A stretch of 32,000 nt of DNA from Pyrolobus fumarii 1A. Its GTDB lineage: Archaea; Thermoproteota; Thermoprotei_A; Sulfolobales; Pyrodictiaceae. This document shows positions 23,868 through 32,000 of the stretch, one piece after another. The notes below the pieces were generated by a model, which worked only from the letters and a program-made list of their open reading frames with translations, had not been told where the DNA came from and did not search any database. The position numbers and the translations under genes were made by a program. The stretch is from NCBI RefSeq assembly GCF_000223395.1, contig NC_015931.1, forward strand, positions 150,001 through 182,000, in the 5' to 3' direction. Numbering within the stretch: position 1 is the first letter of the stretch; every line of letters begins with the position of its first letter.

Positions 23868-25781
23868 GTGGTTGCAGGCTTGAAGGTATGGGAGGCTACA
23901 AGAAAGCCCAGGGTAATAGTGCTGCCAGACGCGTTCATAATGGATGTTCGCGCTAGGATGCGCGACAATGAGGAGGGTATCGCGGTTATAATTAATGATC
24001 CTATCGAAGAGAAAGTGGTTGGATATCTTACTAGGCGCGAGATTATACAAGTAACAAGTCATCACACCAATCTGCGTGCAAAGGACTTAGCACTAGATTA
24101 TCCGGTTGTTACACAAGATGCCGACATTGACGAGGCGTACAAGCTGCTTGTGGAGCATAAAGTGGATTATATGCCGGTTGTTGAGAGTAAGAACAACCCC
24201 AAGCTAGTGGGCGTCATAGGTCTCGTCGACATTGTTAGGGCTTTGTTGGCAGCCGGGTATGAGCCCATAGCTGAAACTGTGGCGGAGGTCATGACTACAG
24301 ACGATCTAGACAAATACCTCACGACTCCCGACGAGCCTATAACCAAGGTTTGGAGCGATTTCGTGTACCGTGGTATCAAGGGTAAGGTTGTCATAAGGAG
24401 TAAGGAGGAGCCGTACCCAGTAGGCATGATATCACTGAAAGAACTTGTTGAGAGTGGCCGCTGGTTCTTCCATCGTGAGAGTGAGCGTGGGCTAAAGAGT
24501 GTTGCAAAAGTTAGAAGGCTTATGGTGCGTGGAGCTGTTGTTGCAACCCCCGAGACGCCCATTAGTTACGTTGCGAAGGTTATGGTGGAGAACGAGTTTC
24601 CTGTTATTCCAGTGGTTGATGAGCAGGGTCGTGTGATAGGTGTTGTCACGATAGAGGATGTGGCGAGGGCTTACCTCGTAGGTGCGAAGCCCGGTAGAGT
24701 TAAGCCTGCAAAGAAGGCTGCGCTGCCTAAACCTGTTGCACCCGAGGAGAAGGTTACATACGTTAGCCGCGAGAGTGTCCTAGAGCAAGTCCTTGTTGCA
24801 AAGCCTGCTGTTGAAGAGCTAATTGGTGTACGTGCAGCTGACATCATGCGTACAGAGATGCCGGCAATAAGCATCAACGATACTGTTGAGCATGCTCGCA
24901 GGGAAATGATTAGACGTAAGACGAACTACCTTCTAGTCGTCGATGAGAAAGGTAGTATCGTTGGTGTAGTGTCAAAGTGGGCAATGCTGCGTGCTCTTGG
25001 ATTGAAGGGTCCTATTTGGCGCAGACGCATACATGATAGAATGTTCATCGACTATGTAATGGATACGGACATACCTAGAGTATCTCCCGATGCATCGATT
25101 GAGGAAGTTGCGGCAGAGATGGTCAGGAAGGGCGCTGAGGTGGCATTCGTTGTTGACGAGAAAGGCAACATAATAGGTTTCGTAACGAAGGATGACATCG
25201 TAGATGCATATGCAAGAACCCAGATAGGTAGAGCACTTGTAGAAAATGTAATGACGCCTGGACGCATAGGTATAGTACACCCGCACCACAGCCTATACCA
25301 TGTCGTGCAGAAAATGAAGAACTTCTATCTGGACGCACTCACGGTATATGACGGTAGCCGCGTAATTGGCGTAGTCTCTGCCAACCGGCTGCCATTCGTG
25401 GCCCTAGAAGATGCTACAACCGGCATGAAGAGTAGGAGGCTTGTATGGGTACGCAAACTTGTAAGAAGCGCGGCTCGCAAAGGAAGGTACGTGAAAGTTC
25501 TTCCACTATTAGCCATTGACGTCACAGTACCTCTAAACGTGAGCGTGAGTCCAAAGGATGACGTAGTGAAAGCGATAGAGCTAATGAAAGAGTATAATGT
25601 CGATGGTATCCCAGTAGTTGATGAAGAGGGGCGCGTGCTGGGTGTTATCTGCAAGAATGACATCCTAAGGGAGCTCGCACGTACAGCAAGGCTCAGAAAG
25701 GCTGTTGCAGCCATGGCCGAAAAGGAAGAGAGCAAGGAGACAAGGGAGACAACAGAATCATCTCAAGCCAAAGCTCAGTAG
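23868..25781 (+). CDS. Stand-alone protein with eight CBS motifs (four Bateman modules)
   Basis: 637 aa. There are eight recognisable CBS repeats, each ending in a (V/I)GhhoxxDh pattern, for example VVGYLTRREI, LVGVIGLVDI, VIGVVTIEDV, IVGVVSKWAM, IIGFVTKDDI, VIGVVSANRL and VLGVICKNDI. A Pro/Lys linker lies at 24681-24752 and the C-terminal tail is acidic/Ser-rich. No other domain is visible. Confidence 0.85.
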   Translation: MVAGLKVWEATRKPRVIVLPDAFIMDVRARMRDNEEGIAVIINDPIEEKVVGYLTRREIIQVTSHHTNLRAKDLALDYPVVTQDADIDEAYKLLVEHKVDYMPVVESKNNPKLVGVIGLVDIVRALLAAGYEPIAETVAEVMTTDDLDKYLTTPDEPITKVWSDFVYRGIKGKVVIRSKEEPYPVGMISLKELVESGRWFFHRESERGLKSVAKVRRLMVRGAVVATPETPISYVAKVMVENEFPVIPVVDEQGRVIGVVTIEDVARAYLVGAKPGRVKPAKKAALPKPVAPEEKVTYVSRESVLEQVLVAKPAVEELIGVRAADIMRTEMPAISINDTVEHARREMIRRKTNYLLVVDEKGSIVGVVSKWAMLRALGLKGPIWRRRIHDRMFIDYVMDTDIPRVSPDASIEEVAAEMVRKGAEVAFVVDEKGNIIGFVTKDDIVDAYARTQIGRALVENVMTPGRIGIVHPHHSLYHVVQKMKNFYLDALTVYDGSRVIGVVSANRLPFVALEDATTGMKSRRLVWVRKLVRSAARKGRYVKVLPLLAIDVTVPLNVSVSPKDDVVKAIELMKEYNVDGIPVVDEEGRVLGVICKNDILRELARTARLRKAVAAMAEKEESKETRETTESSQAKAQ

Positions 25782-25797
25782 AGAAAAGCTTTTATTC
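25782..25797 (+). promoter_or_regulatory. Putative BRE/TATA promoter for tRNA-Gly
   Basis: AGAAAAGC-TTTTATT lies 36-50 nt upstream of the mature tRNA 5' end. This is consistent with a short RNase P-processed leader. Confidence 0.45.
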
Positions 25798-25831
25798 TGC
25801 TCAACCACTCTTTGGTTATCCTGGAGAGCGC

Positions 25832-25910
25832 GCGGCGGTCGTCTAGCCTGGACTAGGACGCCGGCCTGCCAAGCCGGAGATCCCGGGTTCAAATCCCGGC
25901 CGCCGCACCA
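25832..25910 (+). tRNA. tRNA-Gly (anticodon GCC), CCA encoded, no intron
   Basis: Acceptor GCGGCGG/CCGCCGC, anticodon arm CCGGC-CTGCCAA-GCCGG, T arm CCGGG-TTCAAAT-CCCGG, discriminator A and CCA. 79 nt. Confidence 0.9.
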
Positions 25911-26034
25911 CCCACCTTCTCTTCTCACGAATCACCAGCCTAAGGGATGCTAACCCAGGTCACTCTAGTCGTATCAAAAAGCCAGTAATGTTATTAGCCT
26001 AGACCATTGTTATTGGTGGGCGGTGACGCTAAAC

Positions 26035-26334
26035 ATGCAATTCTGTCCAAAGTGTGGAGGTATAATGATGCCTGCAGGGCGTAGCGACGGTAAGATAATG
26101 CTAAAGTGTACGAGGTGTGGACATGAAATGGTTGTCGAGGCGGCTGCTGTTAGTCGTGATTTTGTGATAGAGACTAGAGTTCCACAAGAAGAAAGAGTGA
26201 TAACAACATCTAGGGTCAGCAGTGGTGGTAGAAGGCGTGCAAGGGATCTTGAAGAATGGGAGCAAGAACGTGAAGAGTATAGAGAGATACTACTTGAGCA
26301 GCTGCAGCAAGAGCTTGAGGGCGGAGAGGAATAA
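26035..26334 (+). CDS. Small zinc-ribbon protein: Rpb9/TFS N-terminal-type ribbon plus a charged helical tail
   Basis: MQFCPKCGGIMMPAGRSDGKIMLKCTRCGHE aligns with the tfs N-terminus in this window (MKFCPRCGTLMAPRRENEQVVYVCPKCGHRE). There are only four Cys and no second ribbon. The C-terminus is RRRARDLEEWEQEREEYREILLEQLQQELEGGEE. Confidence 0.6.
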   Translation: MQFCPKCGGIMMPAGRSDGKIMLKCTRCGHEMVVEAAAVSRDFVIETRVPQEERVITTSRVSSGGRRRARDLEEWEQEREEYREILLEQLQQELEGGEE

Positions 26335-26379
26335 GAGCCTTGTAATGACGAGACCGTTTTCGCCATTATTATCAGCTTG

Positions 26380-27093
26380 TCATACTCTCAATCTCTGAGC
26401 TTCAAAATTTAACTGGTTTTCACATTCATCAACGTATCCAGTATAGCATTCACGAAGTTTCTTGGCTTTCTTTGATAGTTTATCTGCAATGTATGTTGGT
26501 ATAGGTAGCGTTGCACGCCCCCTCAGTAATCGCTTTACTATTGAAAATGCTGTCATTAGCGATATGCGGTGACCTGGACTTACATAGAGAGACTTGCCTC
26601 TATGGTGTAGAATCAGTGCAACTGTCTCGTCGCCTATGCAAAGAGCATCCATATTATGATACTTGCAGTGTTGTCCTGCTAACCTTTTCTTAGCTACACC
26701 TATACTAGGAGTGTCAAGCGCGACTCCTATGTGTGTGGCTATGCCTGCTTTTCTTGGATGGGCTCTTCCGTGGCCATCAACAATTATTATGTTGGGTTTG
26801 GTCTCAAGCCTGGAATACGCCACGTATGCTAGAGGAGCTTCGCGGAATGCAAGAAGACCCGGAATATATGGTACAGGAGGATGGCCTATAGCCACCCTAA
26901 CTTCTTTCACACGGAGTGACGGGTATGTAAACACGACTATAACGGCTATACCTATCTCACGGTGGCCTGGAAGATAAGCTAGGTCAACTCCACCAATGTA
27001 TTCGATTTTGTCGAAATCATCGTGAGTTAGGGCATGGTGGGCTATCATTAATTGAAGTTTGTAAGCCCGTGCCACATCAAAACTCAACTTCAT
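26380..27093 (-). CDS. nfi: Endonuclease V (deoxyinosine 3' endonuclease)
   Basis: IGGVDLAY, PYIPGLLAFREAP and IIVDGHGRAHPRKAGIATHIGVALDTPSIGVAKKRL are EndoV signatures. 4-nt overlap with psmB. Confidence 0.9.
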   Translation of the reverse strand: MKLSFDVARAYKLQLMIAHHALTHDDFDKIEYIGGVDLAYLPGHREIGIAVIVVFTYPSLRVKEVRVAIGHPPVPYIPGLLAFREAPLAYVAYSRLETKPNIIIVDGHGRAHPRKAGIATHIGVALDTPSIGVAKKRLAGQHCKYHNMDALCIGDETVALILHHRGKSLYVSPGHRISLMTAFSIVKRLLRGRATLPIPTYIADKLSKKAKKLRECYTGYVDECENQLNFEAQRLRV

Positions 27094-27725
27094 TGTCTTA
27101 CGCCACTTGTTGCTATCCGCTTACTCTCCTCAATAGCAACTATTCTTCCGTCAACTCTCTTTATCACAAGTATGTCTATACCGTCTCCCGATATTGCATC
27201 ACGCTCAATAGCAATTCTGACAGCTTTTTCTGCCAGCTCTTTTGCTTCGTCAATGCTCATATCTTTGCGGTAATTCGCCTCTAGTATACCGATGGCAATA
27301 GCTGCGCCTGAGCCCAGGGCAGCGTAATCATCTTCGATTACCGAGCCGACGGGATCCATGACGTATAGGTGGGATCCTGTCTCGTCAACACCGCCTACCA
27401 GAACTTCAGTAATGAATGGGATCAACTTGCTAGCATATAGAATGTTGGATAGCAGCTTTGCGGCAGCATAGACACGAGCTGGTTTACCGGTGCTCACTTC
27501 GTAGTATTGTATTTCTGCTGATAATATGCGTGCGAGTGCCTGCATATCAGCGTATAGACCGGCGAAAGCAATGCCTATTCTATCAGTTACTTTAAACACT
27601 TTCTTGCCAGCCTTACTCACTATAAATCCTCCATAGCTGACGCGCTTCTCCGAAGCCAGTACTACACCGTCCTTAACTCGTATACCCACGGTTGTGGCGC
27701 CAATACCGTACTCTGCGTAACTCAT
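27090..27725 (-). CDS. psmB: Proteasome beta subunit
   Basis: Propeptide, then GATTVGIRVKDGVVLASEKR with the catalytic Thr, and GSGAAIAIGILE. 211 aa. Confidence 0.95.
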   Translation of the reverse strand: MSYAEYGIGATTVGIRVKDGVVLASEKRVSYGGFIVSKAGKKVFKVTDRIGIAFAGLYADMQALARILSAEIQYYEVSTGKPARVYAAAKLLSNILYASKLIPFITEVLVGGVDETGSHLYVMDPVGSVIEDDYAALGSGAAIAIGILEANYRKDMSIDEAKELAEKAVRIAIERDAISGDGIDILVIKRVDGRIVAIEESKRIATSGVRQ

Positions 27726-27877
27726 GCCTCTCTCCCCAAAGCCGAGGGATTGTACGCGAGTATATCACCTAGTTGGTACTTATGAATAGTTTCGGTTACC
27801 AGACCCTCATATTGGTGTATGTTTGTACGCTTGCAACTCATATCCCACCATAGATGTAAATAGTGTAGGGTGAAGGG

Positions 27878-28450
27878 ATGAAGAAGTGCCCTCTCTGCGG
27901 TGCAGAGAGTGTGATACTTGATACAGCAACGGGCACCGTTGTGTGCACATCGTGTGGTTATGTACTTGAGGAAAACGTGGTTGACGTTAGTGGGGGTACT
28001 GGTTATCGAGAGGATGTTACGGCAGTGCAGCAATCCAGGACGCGGTATAAGCCTATAGACGTAGATTACTCACGGCTTATAGATGACGAAATGAGTAGGA
28101 GGAGAAGAAAGCTAGAAAGGTTGGCTAACGTGAGACACGCAACCGACATCAGCATACTTACATCTGTAATCGAGCGTATCCGTTTAGACACTGTAGACGG
28201 TATTACAAGGATTCTCAAGCTCTTGGAGGAAAAGGGAGGTCTTAAGAAAAGAAGCAGCAGGATGAAGTTAGCTGTTGCGCATGCCCTCTACGAGTATGTT
28301 AATGGGCGCTATCCTAACCTCCGGGAATTAGCCAGTCTCTACTCGGTAAACGAACTCAACTTGAAAAGAGCGTTTAGGAGGTTGATAAGATCGGGACTAG
28401 ACAGGGAGATCGAGAAGACTATCAAAGCAGAAACGTGGCTCTTAAGTTGA
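27878..28450 (+). CDS. Truncated TFB paralog (TFB3-like): B-ribbon plus a single cyclin-fold remnant
   Basis: CPLCGAESVILDTATGTVVCTSCGYVLEENVVD is a TFIIB-type ribbon. The B-reader GPEWR motif is absent. The C-terminal KRSSRMKLAVAHALYEYVNGRYPNLRELASLYSVNELNLKRAFRRLIRSG resembles one TFB cyclin repeat. 190 aa, versus ~300 aa for canonical TFB. Confidence 0.7.
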   Translation: MKKCPLCGAESVILDTATGTVVCTSCGYVLEENVVDVSGGTGYREDVTAVQQSRTRYKPIDVDYSRLIDDEMSRRRRKLERLANVRHATDISILTSVIERIRLDTVDGITRILKLLEEKGGLKKRSSRMKLAVAHALYEYVNGRYPNLRELASLYSVNELNLKRAFRRLIRSGLDREIEKTIKAETWLLS

Positions 28451-28489
28451 TATAAGCCAAAGTATGTAGTTATGCAGTGATGGGATAGT

Positions 28490-29590
28490 ATGTTGAAAGA
28501 GAATGTAGGTGTGCAAGGCAGGAATGCGGCCAAGCTTGACGTGAATACCGTGGTTCGATTGTTTAAAGAGACGCATATACCGTCAATAGAGGAGGTTGTT
28601 GAGCGCATAGGAAGGAGGTATAGGAGGCTACGCCCAAGACGGCGCGGGGCAAAGGGACTAATAGAATTTGAGTTAAAACGTGTAGAGCTCGTATACAATA
28701 TACTACGAAGTGTATTCGAAAAGCTTGCAAAACTGCCACCAACAAAATACATGAATGAATATCATGCTCTCCTCATAAAGAGCATCTACGGCGATGCATA
28801 TGATAAAGCAATTGAGAGAGCAAGATACGCTTTAAGGCTCTTAGAACAACTTTGGAATGACTACCGTCTATTGATAGTTACGGCCGAGAATCCTCGTGAA
28901 GCTGCAAGGTTACGCAAAGAGGCAGCTGGGAGAATGATATCTGTATGGAGGCGGTATAAAAAGCATGTAGACGTTCTAATCGAGGTGAAAAACGAGATTA
29001 TAAAGACTCACGTGGTTTCTGAAAATCTTCCAGTCATAGTAGTTGCGGGCATACCCAGTGCAGGCAAATCAACTCTAATACGACGCGTATCAAGCGCTGA
29101 ACCCGAAATAGCAGCATATCCGTTCACAACAAAGACAATAATTGTTGGTAAGCTGCGTTGTCCGCAACTAGAGACATACATTGTCGACACACCAGGTATA
29201 CTTGACAGGCCTTATGAGGAACTCAATGATATAGAGAAGAAGGCATATGTTGCACTACGCGCATTGGCAGATGTAATCGTTTTCTTAGTGGATGTATCTC
29301 CAGAACGCATACTTGACGTTCAACAACAATACCATATATTGGATCAAATTCATGATACGATAGCAGAGCCGGCAGGCACCGATATAATAGTTGTAATCAA
29401 TAAGGTTGATGTAAAAGAGGAGGCTGCATTAAAAGAAGCAGTAAGCAATGCATTAGCGCGTGGCTTGACTGTAATTGAAATATCAGCTTTAACTGGGCAT
29501 GGTGTAGACATGTTACTACAACTTGCTTGTGATAAGGCGTTTAAACATTTTATCAAGAGGTCAAACCTATACCTCGAATTCGAAGAGTGA
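28490..29590 (+). CDS. NOG1-family ribosome-biogenesis GTPase
   Basis: Helical NOG1_N-like N-terminus, then G1 GIPSAGKST, G2 YPFTT, G3 DTPG, G4 NKVD and G5 ISAL. Confidence 0.85.
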   Translation: MLKENVGVQGRNAAKLDVNTVVRLFKETHIPSIEEVVERIGRRYRRLRPRRRGAKGLIEFELKRVELVYNILRSVFEKLAKLPPTKYMNEYHALLIKSIYGDAYDKAIERARYALRLLEQLWNDYRLLIVTAENPREAARLRKEAAGRMISVWRRYKKHVDVLIEVKNEIIKTHVVSENLPVIVVAGIPSAGKSTLIRRVSSAEPEIAAYPFTTKTIIVGKLRCPQLETYIVDTPGILDRPYEELNDIEKKAYVALRALADVIVFLVDVSPERILDVQQQYHILDQIHDTIAEPAGTDIIVVINKVDVKEEAALKEAVSNALARGLTVIEISALTGHGVDMLLQLACDKAFKHFIKRSNLYLEFEE

Positions 29591-30623
29591 AGGGCTTGTC
29601 AAGCTCACCTTTAAGTTCATACTTTATGCCAGTCAGCTTCTCCACTACTAGCAGGTTTGTGTAGGCATGTAGCGTGAGCTTCGCGCCGCCAAGTACACTC
29701 TCACCTTCAGCTAAGGCGGCAAAGGGAATCAGCATATCCGACGCGTGCCTATCGAGCGCTTTGCCGGTCTCGAGATCTTCAATTAACTTTCTCGCTGCTT
29801 CTTCACCAACACGTTCAGCAGGTTTACCTTTGGCGCCAAGGGAGTCGCCACCAAGTACGCTATTTTCCGTTTCAGCATAAACTACAATTCCGCTACCAGG
29901 GCCTAGGTGAGGGTCTTTACCCGGAGTGTAGTACTCGAGGTCAATTTTCAGTGGTACGTCGGGATACCTTGCACGAATAACACTTGCAGCAGACCTAGCT
30001 TGACGCTCAGCAACGTGTTTGGGTAGCCGCACACAGTGCGATAATCCTTTGAAAGCAAGCACCTCACCACGCTCCTCTAACTCTATGCTATGTAGGCGCC
30101 TGGGTGGATTATCGACCCTGAATATCACGATACCGCCACCCTTCGGATAGTGACCACGACGCTTCACTATGATATCGAAATGATATCCGAACTTCTCTAA
30201 AAGAGGGCGAAGTACAAACCTAACATAATCCACGGGAGGGCTCCAAGGTACGTCTGTTCCGCCTCTAATTTCGACTTCTAGCGGTTCGGGTACAAATGCT
30301 GCTACCGGTAGCAACGCTTGCAAAACGAGCGTTACGCTCCCTGCAGTGCCAATATCAAAACGATACTTGCCGCCACGTAACTCTCTAGGCTCAAACACGA
30401 TGCTAGTCGAACCTAGTTTAAGCCCTTCAACTCTAGCGTTAGTGAGAGCCGCTACAGCACGGATGGCCGTCATGTGTTGCCTTTGGAGTCCAGGGTTCTT
30501 TCTCTTAGCACGTATGTTATACACGCGAAGTTTGATACCCAGTACAGCCGCCAGTGCTACACTAGTTCGGAGGATTTGGCCTCCACCTTCACCCATGCTA
30601 CCATCTATTACTACCTCGCGCAA
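29553..30623 (-). CDS. rtcA: RNA 3'-terminal phosphate cyclase RtcA
   Basis: VIDGSMGEGGGQILRTSVALAAVLG at the N-terminus and HMTAIRAVA. 356 aa. TTG start. Its 3' end overlaps the NOG1 gene by 38 nt in convergent orientation. Confidence 0.9.
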   Translation of the reverse strand: MREVVIDGSMGEGGGQILRTSVALAAVLGIKLRVYNIRAKRKNPGLQRQHMTAIRAVAALTNARVEGLKLGSTSIVFEPRELRGGKYRFDIGTAGSVTLVLQALLPVAAFVPEPLEVEIRGGTDVPWSPPVDYVRFVLRPLLEKFGYHFDIIVKRRGHYPKGGGIVIFRVDNPPRRLHSIELEERGEVLAFKGLSHCVRLPKHVAERQARSAASVIRARYPDVPLKIDLEYYTPGKDPHLGPGSGIVVYAETENSVLGGDSLGAKGKPAERVGEEAARKLIEDLETGKALDRHASDMLIPFAALAEGESVLGGAKLTLHAYTNLLVVEKLTGIKYELKGELDKPFTLRIRGIGLTS

Positions 30624-30626
30624 GCT

Positions 30627-31163
30627 TCACACCTCCGTTACCCTACGCAACCTTTCCACGCCACCAATGGACTCGATATACTCTGCCACAGAAGGAGGAA
30701 CTAACGAACGCCACTCCGCATCACCTTTAAGCATCAGCCTTCTCACAACAGTTGCAGAGTAGCGCTCGCGATCAAACATGGGAGGCGTTATCACACAGTA
30801 GCCATACTCGAAGAACAGCCTGGCAACTAACGGGTTACCTGACACTACACAATCAAATCTCGGAACAAACATTTCAACCCACCTAGGCCACACGAAGTTG
30901 GTCTCTATATCGGTAACAGGGATCATGAAAACGCGGCTAAGATCAATACCAACGTCCTTCAAGCCTAATCTGAGCATCTCTATGCGCTCGCCCGCCGTGA
31001 ACGGATTCGAGAAACTATGGCTCTTCTGAGCCGAGCCAATAACTATAATGACTTCGTCAAAGCGCTCTAGGACCCACTTTATAAGCCTAAAGTGACCCCA
31101 ATGTGGAGGCTGAAACCTCCCGGGGAGCAATGCGCGTTTTACACCCTTGGTCTTTTCATGCAA
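30627..31163 (-). CDS. nadM: Nicotinamide-nucleotide adenylyltransferase (archaeal NMNAT)
   Basis: LLPGRFQPPHWGHFRLIKWVLE (the HxGH nucleotidyltransferase motif) and the SGNP block. 178 aa. TTG start. Confidence 0.9.
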   Translation of the reverse strand: MHEKTKGVKRALLPGRFQPPHWGHFRLIKWVLERFDEVIIVIGSAQKSHSFSNPFTAGERIEMLRLGLKDVGIDLSRVFMIPVTDIETNFVWPRWVEMFVPRFDCVVSGNPLVARLFFEYGYCVITPPMFDRERYSATVVRRLMLKGDAEWRSLVPPSVAEYIESIGGVERLRRVTEV

Positions 31164-31942
31164 ATCTCGTCACCTCCCGTGATGCTCAGCTTCTCGGCTG
31201 CAGAGCCCATATACACGGCAAGCTCGACAAAGTCGAAACTATTGTAGTATACCGTAAGTTCACCCGGCTTTGCCTCGCTAAACGTTTTGACACACTTGGC
31301 ACGTATGCAGTCATTCCTTATGCATATAATCGTGTGGCCATCGACACATACATTTTCGAGAATTGTGTCTTCTCTAGTGGCGGATAGAGCGACGTTACCG
31401 AACTTGTCAATGTGTATGACATCCAGACAGTAGCCGTCATCAACCTCCCTGACGCGTCTGATATCGAGTTGTACAAGTCTATCGATGCTAAGTGGTGAGC
31501 CGAGAGACTCGATATCAACGCCTAATGCTAGCATCGTAGCTGCAGGTGCAAAGATATCGCGCCCGTGGAAGGTGTATGAGGTTGGCTTCAGCCAGAACCT
31601 ATCGTTATCAAGTATAACCGCTTTTACAAATCCATCGCGCTCTATGACCGGCCATAGCACTCCATTATTTGGCCCTACGAAGAAATAGTTACGTGTCTGC
31701 ACAGCTATTGGTTCGCGGTTACTACCAACACCGGGGTCAACCACGACAAGGAACACAGTGCCACGTTTAAACAGCCTCAGACTAGAGTACAGTATGTAAG
31801 CACCAGCATGGATGCTAAAACTCGGTATGTCATGGGCAAGATCTACCACTTTAACCTTGCCACCGCTAAGAAGCTCTATAACCGCATGTACTTGCCCTAC
31901 ATAAGGGCTTCCTGGGCCAAAGTCTGAAAGGAATGCGATCAT
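31139..31942 (-). CDS. DUF62 family SAM hydrolase (S-adenosyl-L-methionine hydroxide adenosyltransferase)
   Basis: MIAFLSDFGPGSPYVGQVHAVI, VVVDPGVGS, GPNNGVL and TFHGRDIFAPAA match the chlorinase/fluorinase-like DUF62 family. ATG at 31942; the ORF is open from TTG 31951. Confidence 0.85.
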   Translation of the reverse strand: MIAFLSDFGPGSPYVGQVHAVIELLSGGKVKVVDLAHDIPSFSIHAGAYILYSSLRLFKRGTVFLVVVDPGVGSNREPIAVQTRNYFFVGPNNGVLWPVIERDGFVKAVILDNDRFWLKPTSYTFHGRDIFAPAATMLALGVDIESLGSPLSIDRLVQLDIRRVREVDDGYCLDVIHIDKFGNVALSATREDTILENVCVDGHTIICIRNDCIRAKCVKTFSEAKPGELTVYYNSFDFVELAVYMGSAAEKLSITGGDEICMKRPRV

Positions 31943-32000
31943 GCCCGTCAAACTACCGCCCGATATACTGCGTTGCTTAGACCATAGGGCTGAAACGCTC

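Noticed and set aside
23705-25910. ~21-nt inverted repeat (CCGGGTTCAAATCCCGGCCGC) flanking the CBS gene, which could be read as terminal inverted repeats or att sites
   Set aside because: The repeat is the conserved T arm plus acceptor 3' strand of two oppositely oriented tRNA genes (Glu and Gly). There is no integrase, no duplicated tRNA 3' fragment and no compositional shift.
25705-25953. 82-aa plus-strand ORF spanning the end of the CBS gene and the tRNA-Gly gene
   Set aside because: It reads straight through a canonical tRNA. The GDPGFKSRPP stretch is simply the translated T arm. Not coding.
27750-27830. Direct repeat of TTGTACGC (27750-27757 and 27823-27830) in the 152-nt divergent spacer
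   Set aside because: A single 8-mer recurrence in a spacer of this size is within chance expectation. There is no extended similarity around it.
27722-28033. 103-aa minus-strand ORF across the psmB / TFB3-like divergent spacer
   Set aside because: It covers the promoter region and is antisense to the conserved B-ribbon of the TFB paralog. It has no motif and is an implausible extension upstream of psmB.
1-32000. Search for CRISPR arrays, IS elements, integrases, toxin-antitoxin pairs or defence islands
   Set aside because: There are no regularly spaced repeats and no transposase or integrase-like ORFs. No non-coding stretch is longer than ~190 nt, and the longest ones contain the tRNA genes. 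The window reads as conserved housekeeping chromosome.

Overview
This is a dense (~95% coding) core chromosomal segment from a hyperthermophilic crenarchaeon. It looks like Thermoprotei, possibly Desulfurococcales, but I cannot name a species. GC content is about 50% by eye. I saw no CRISPR array, IS element, integrase or rRNA. All family names come from motifs read in the supplied translations; no database search was run.

Bases 1-13,000 are entirely plus-strand information-processing genes: a Pus10 C-terminal fragment, rpl21e, rpoF, DUF655, ksgA, TrmJ-like and THUMP methyltransferases, rpl10e, dph2, a METTL5-like methylase, csl4, rpoL, tfs, PCNA, priS, a putative GINS subunit, rpl44e, rps27e, aIF2-alpha and nop10.

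Bases 13,000-23,700 are enriched in isoprenoid, lipid and cofactor genes. They hold CDP-archaeol synthase, then a tightly coupled operon of a Clp1-type kinase, a UbiD-like decarboxylase and both aconitase-X subunits. The last three form the archaeal-type mevalonate pathway module. CTP-dependent riboflavin kinase and three futalosine (menaquinone) genes follow.

The remainder contains:
- two tRNA genes, Glu-UUC and Gly-GCC, both with encoded CCA
- an eight-CBS-motif protein
- a paralog carrying only the TFS N-terminal zinc ribbon
- endonuclease V and proteasome beta
- a truncated TFB3-like factor
- a NOG1 GTPase, RtcA, NMN adenylyltransferase and a DUF62 SAM hydrolase

I see no clear novel multi-gene system. 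The best leads are the mevalonate operon and its coupling to the Clp1-type kinase, two truncated transcription-factor paralogs, the multi-CBS protein, and several small unassigned ORFs embedded in conserved operons.
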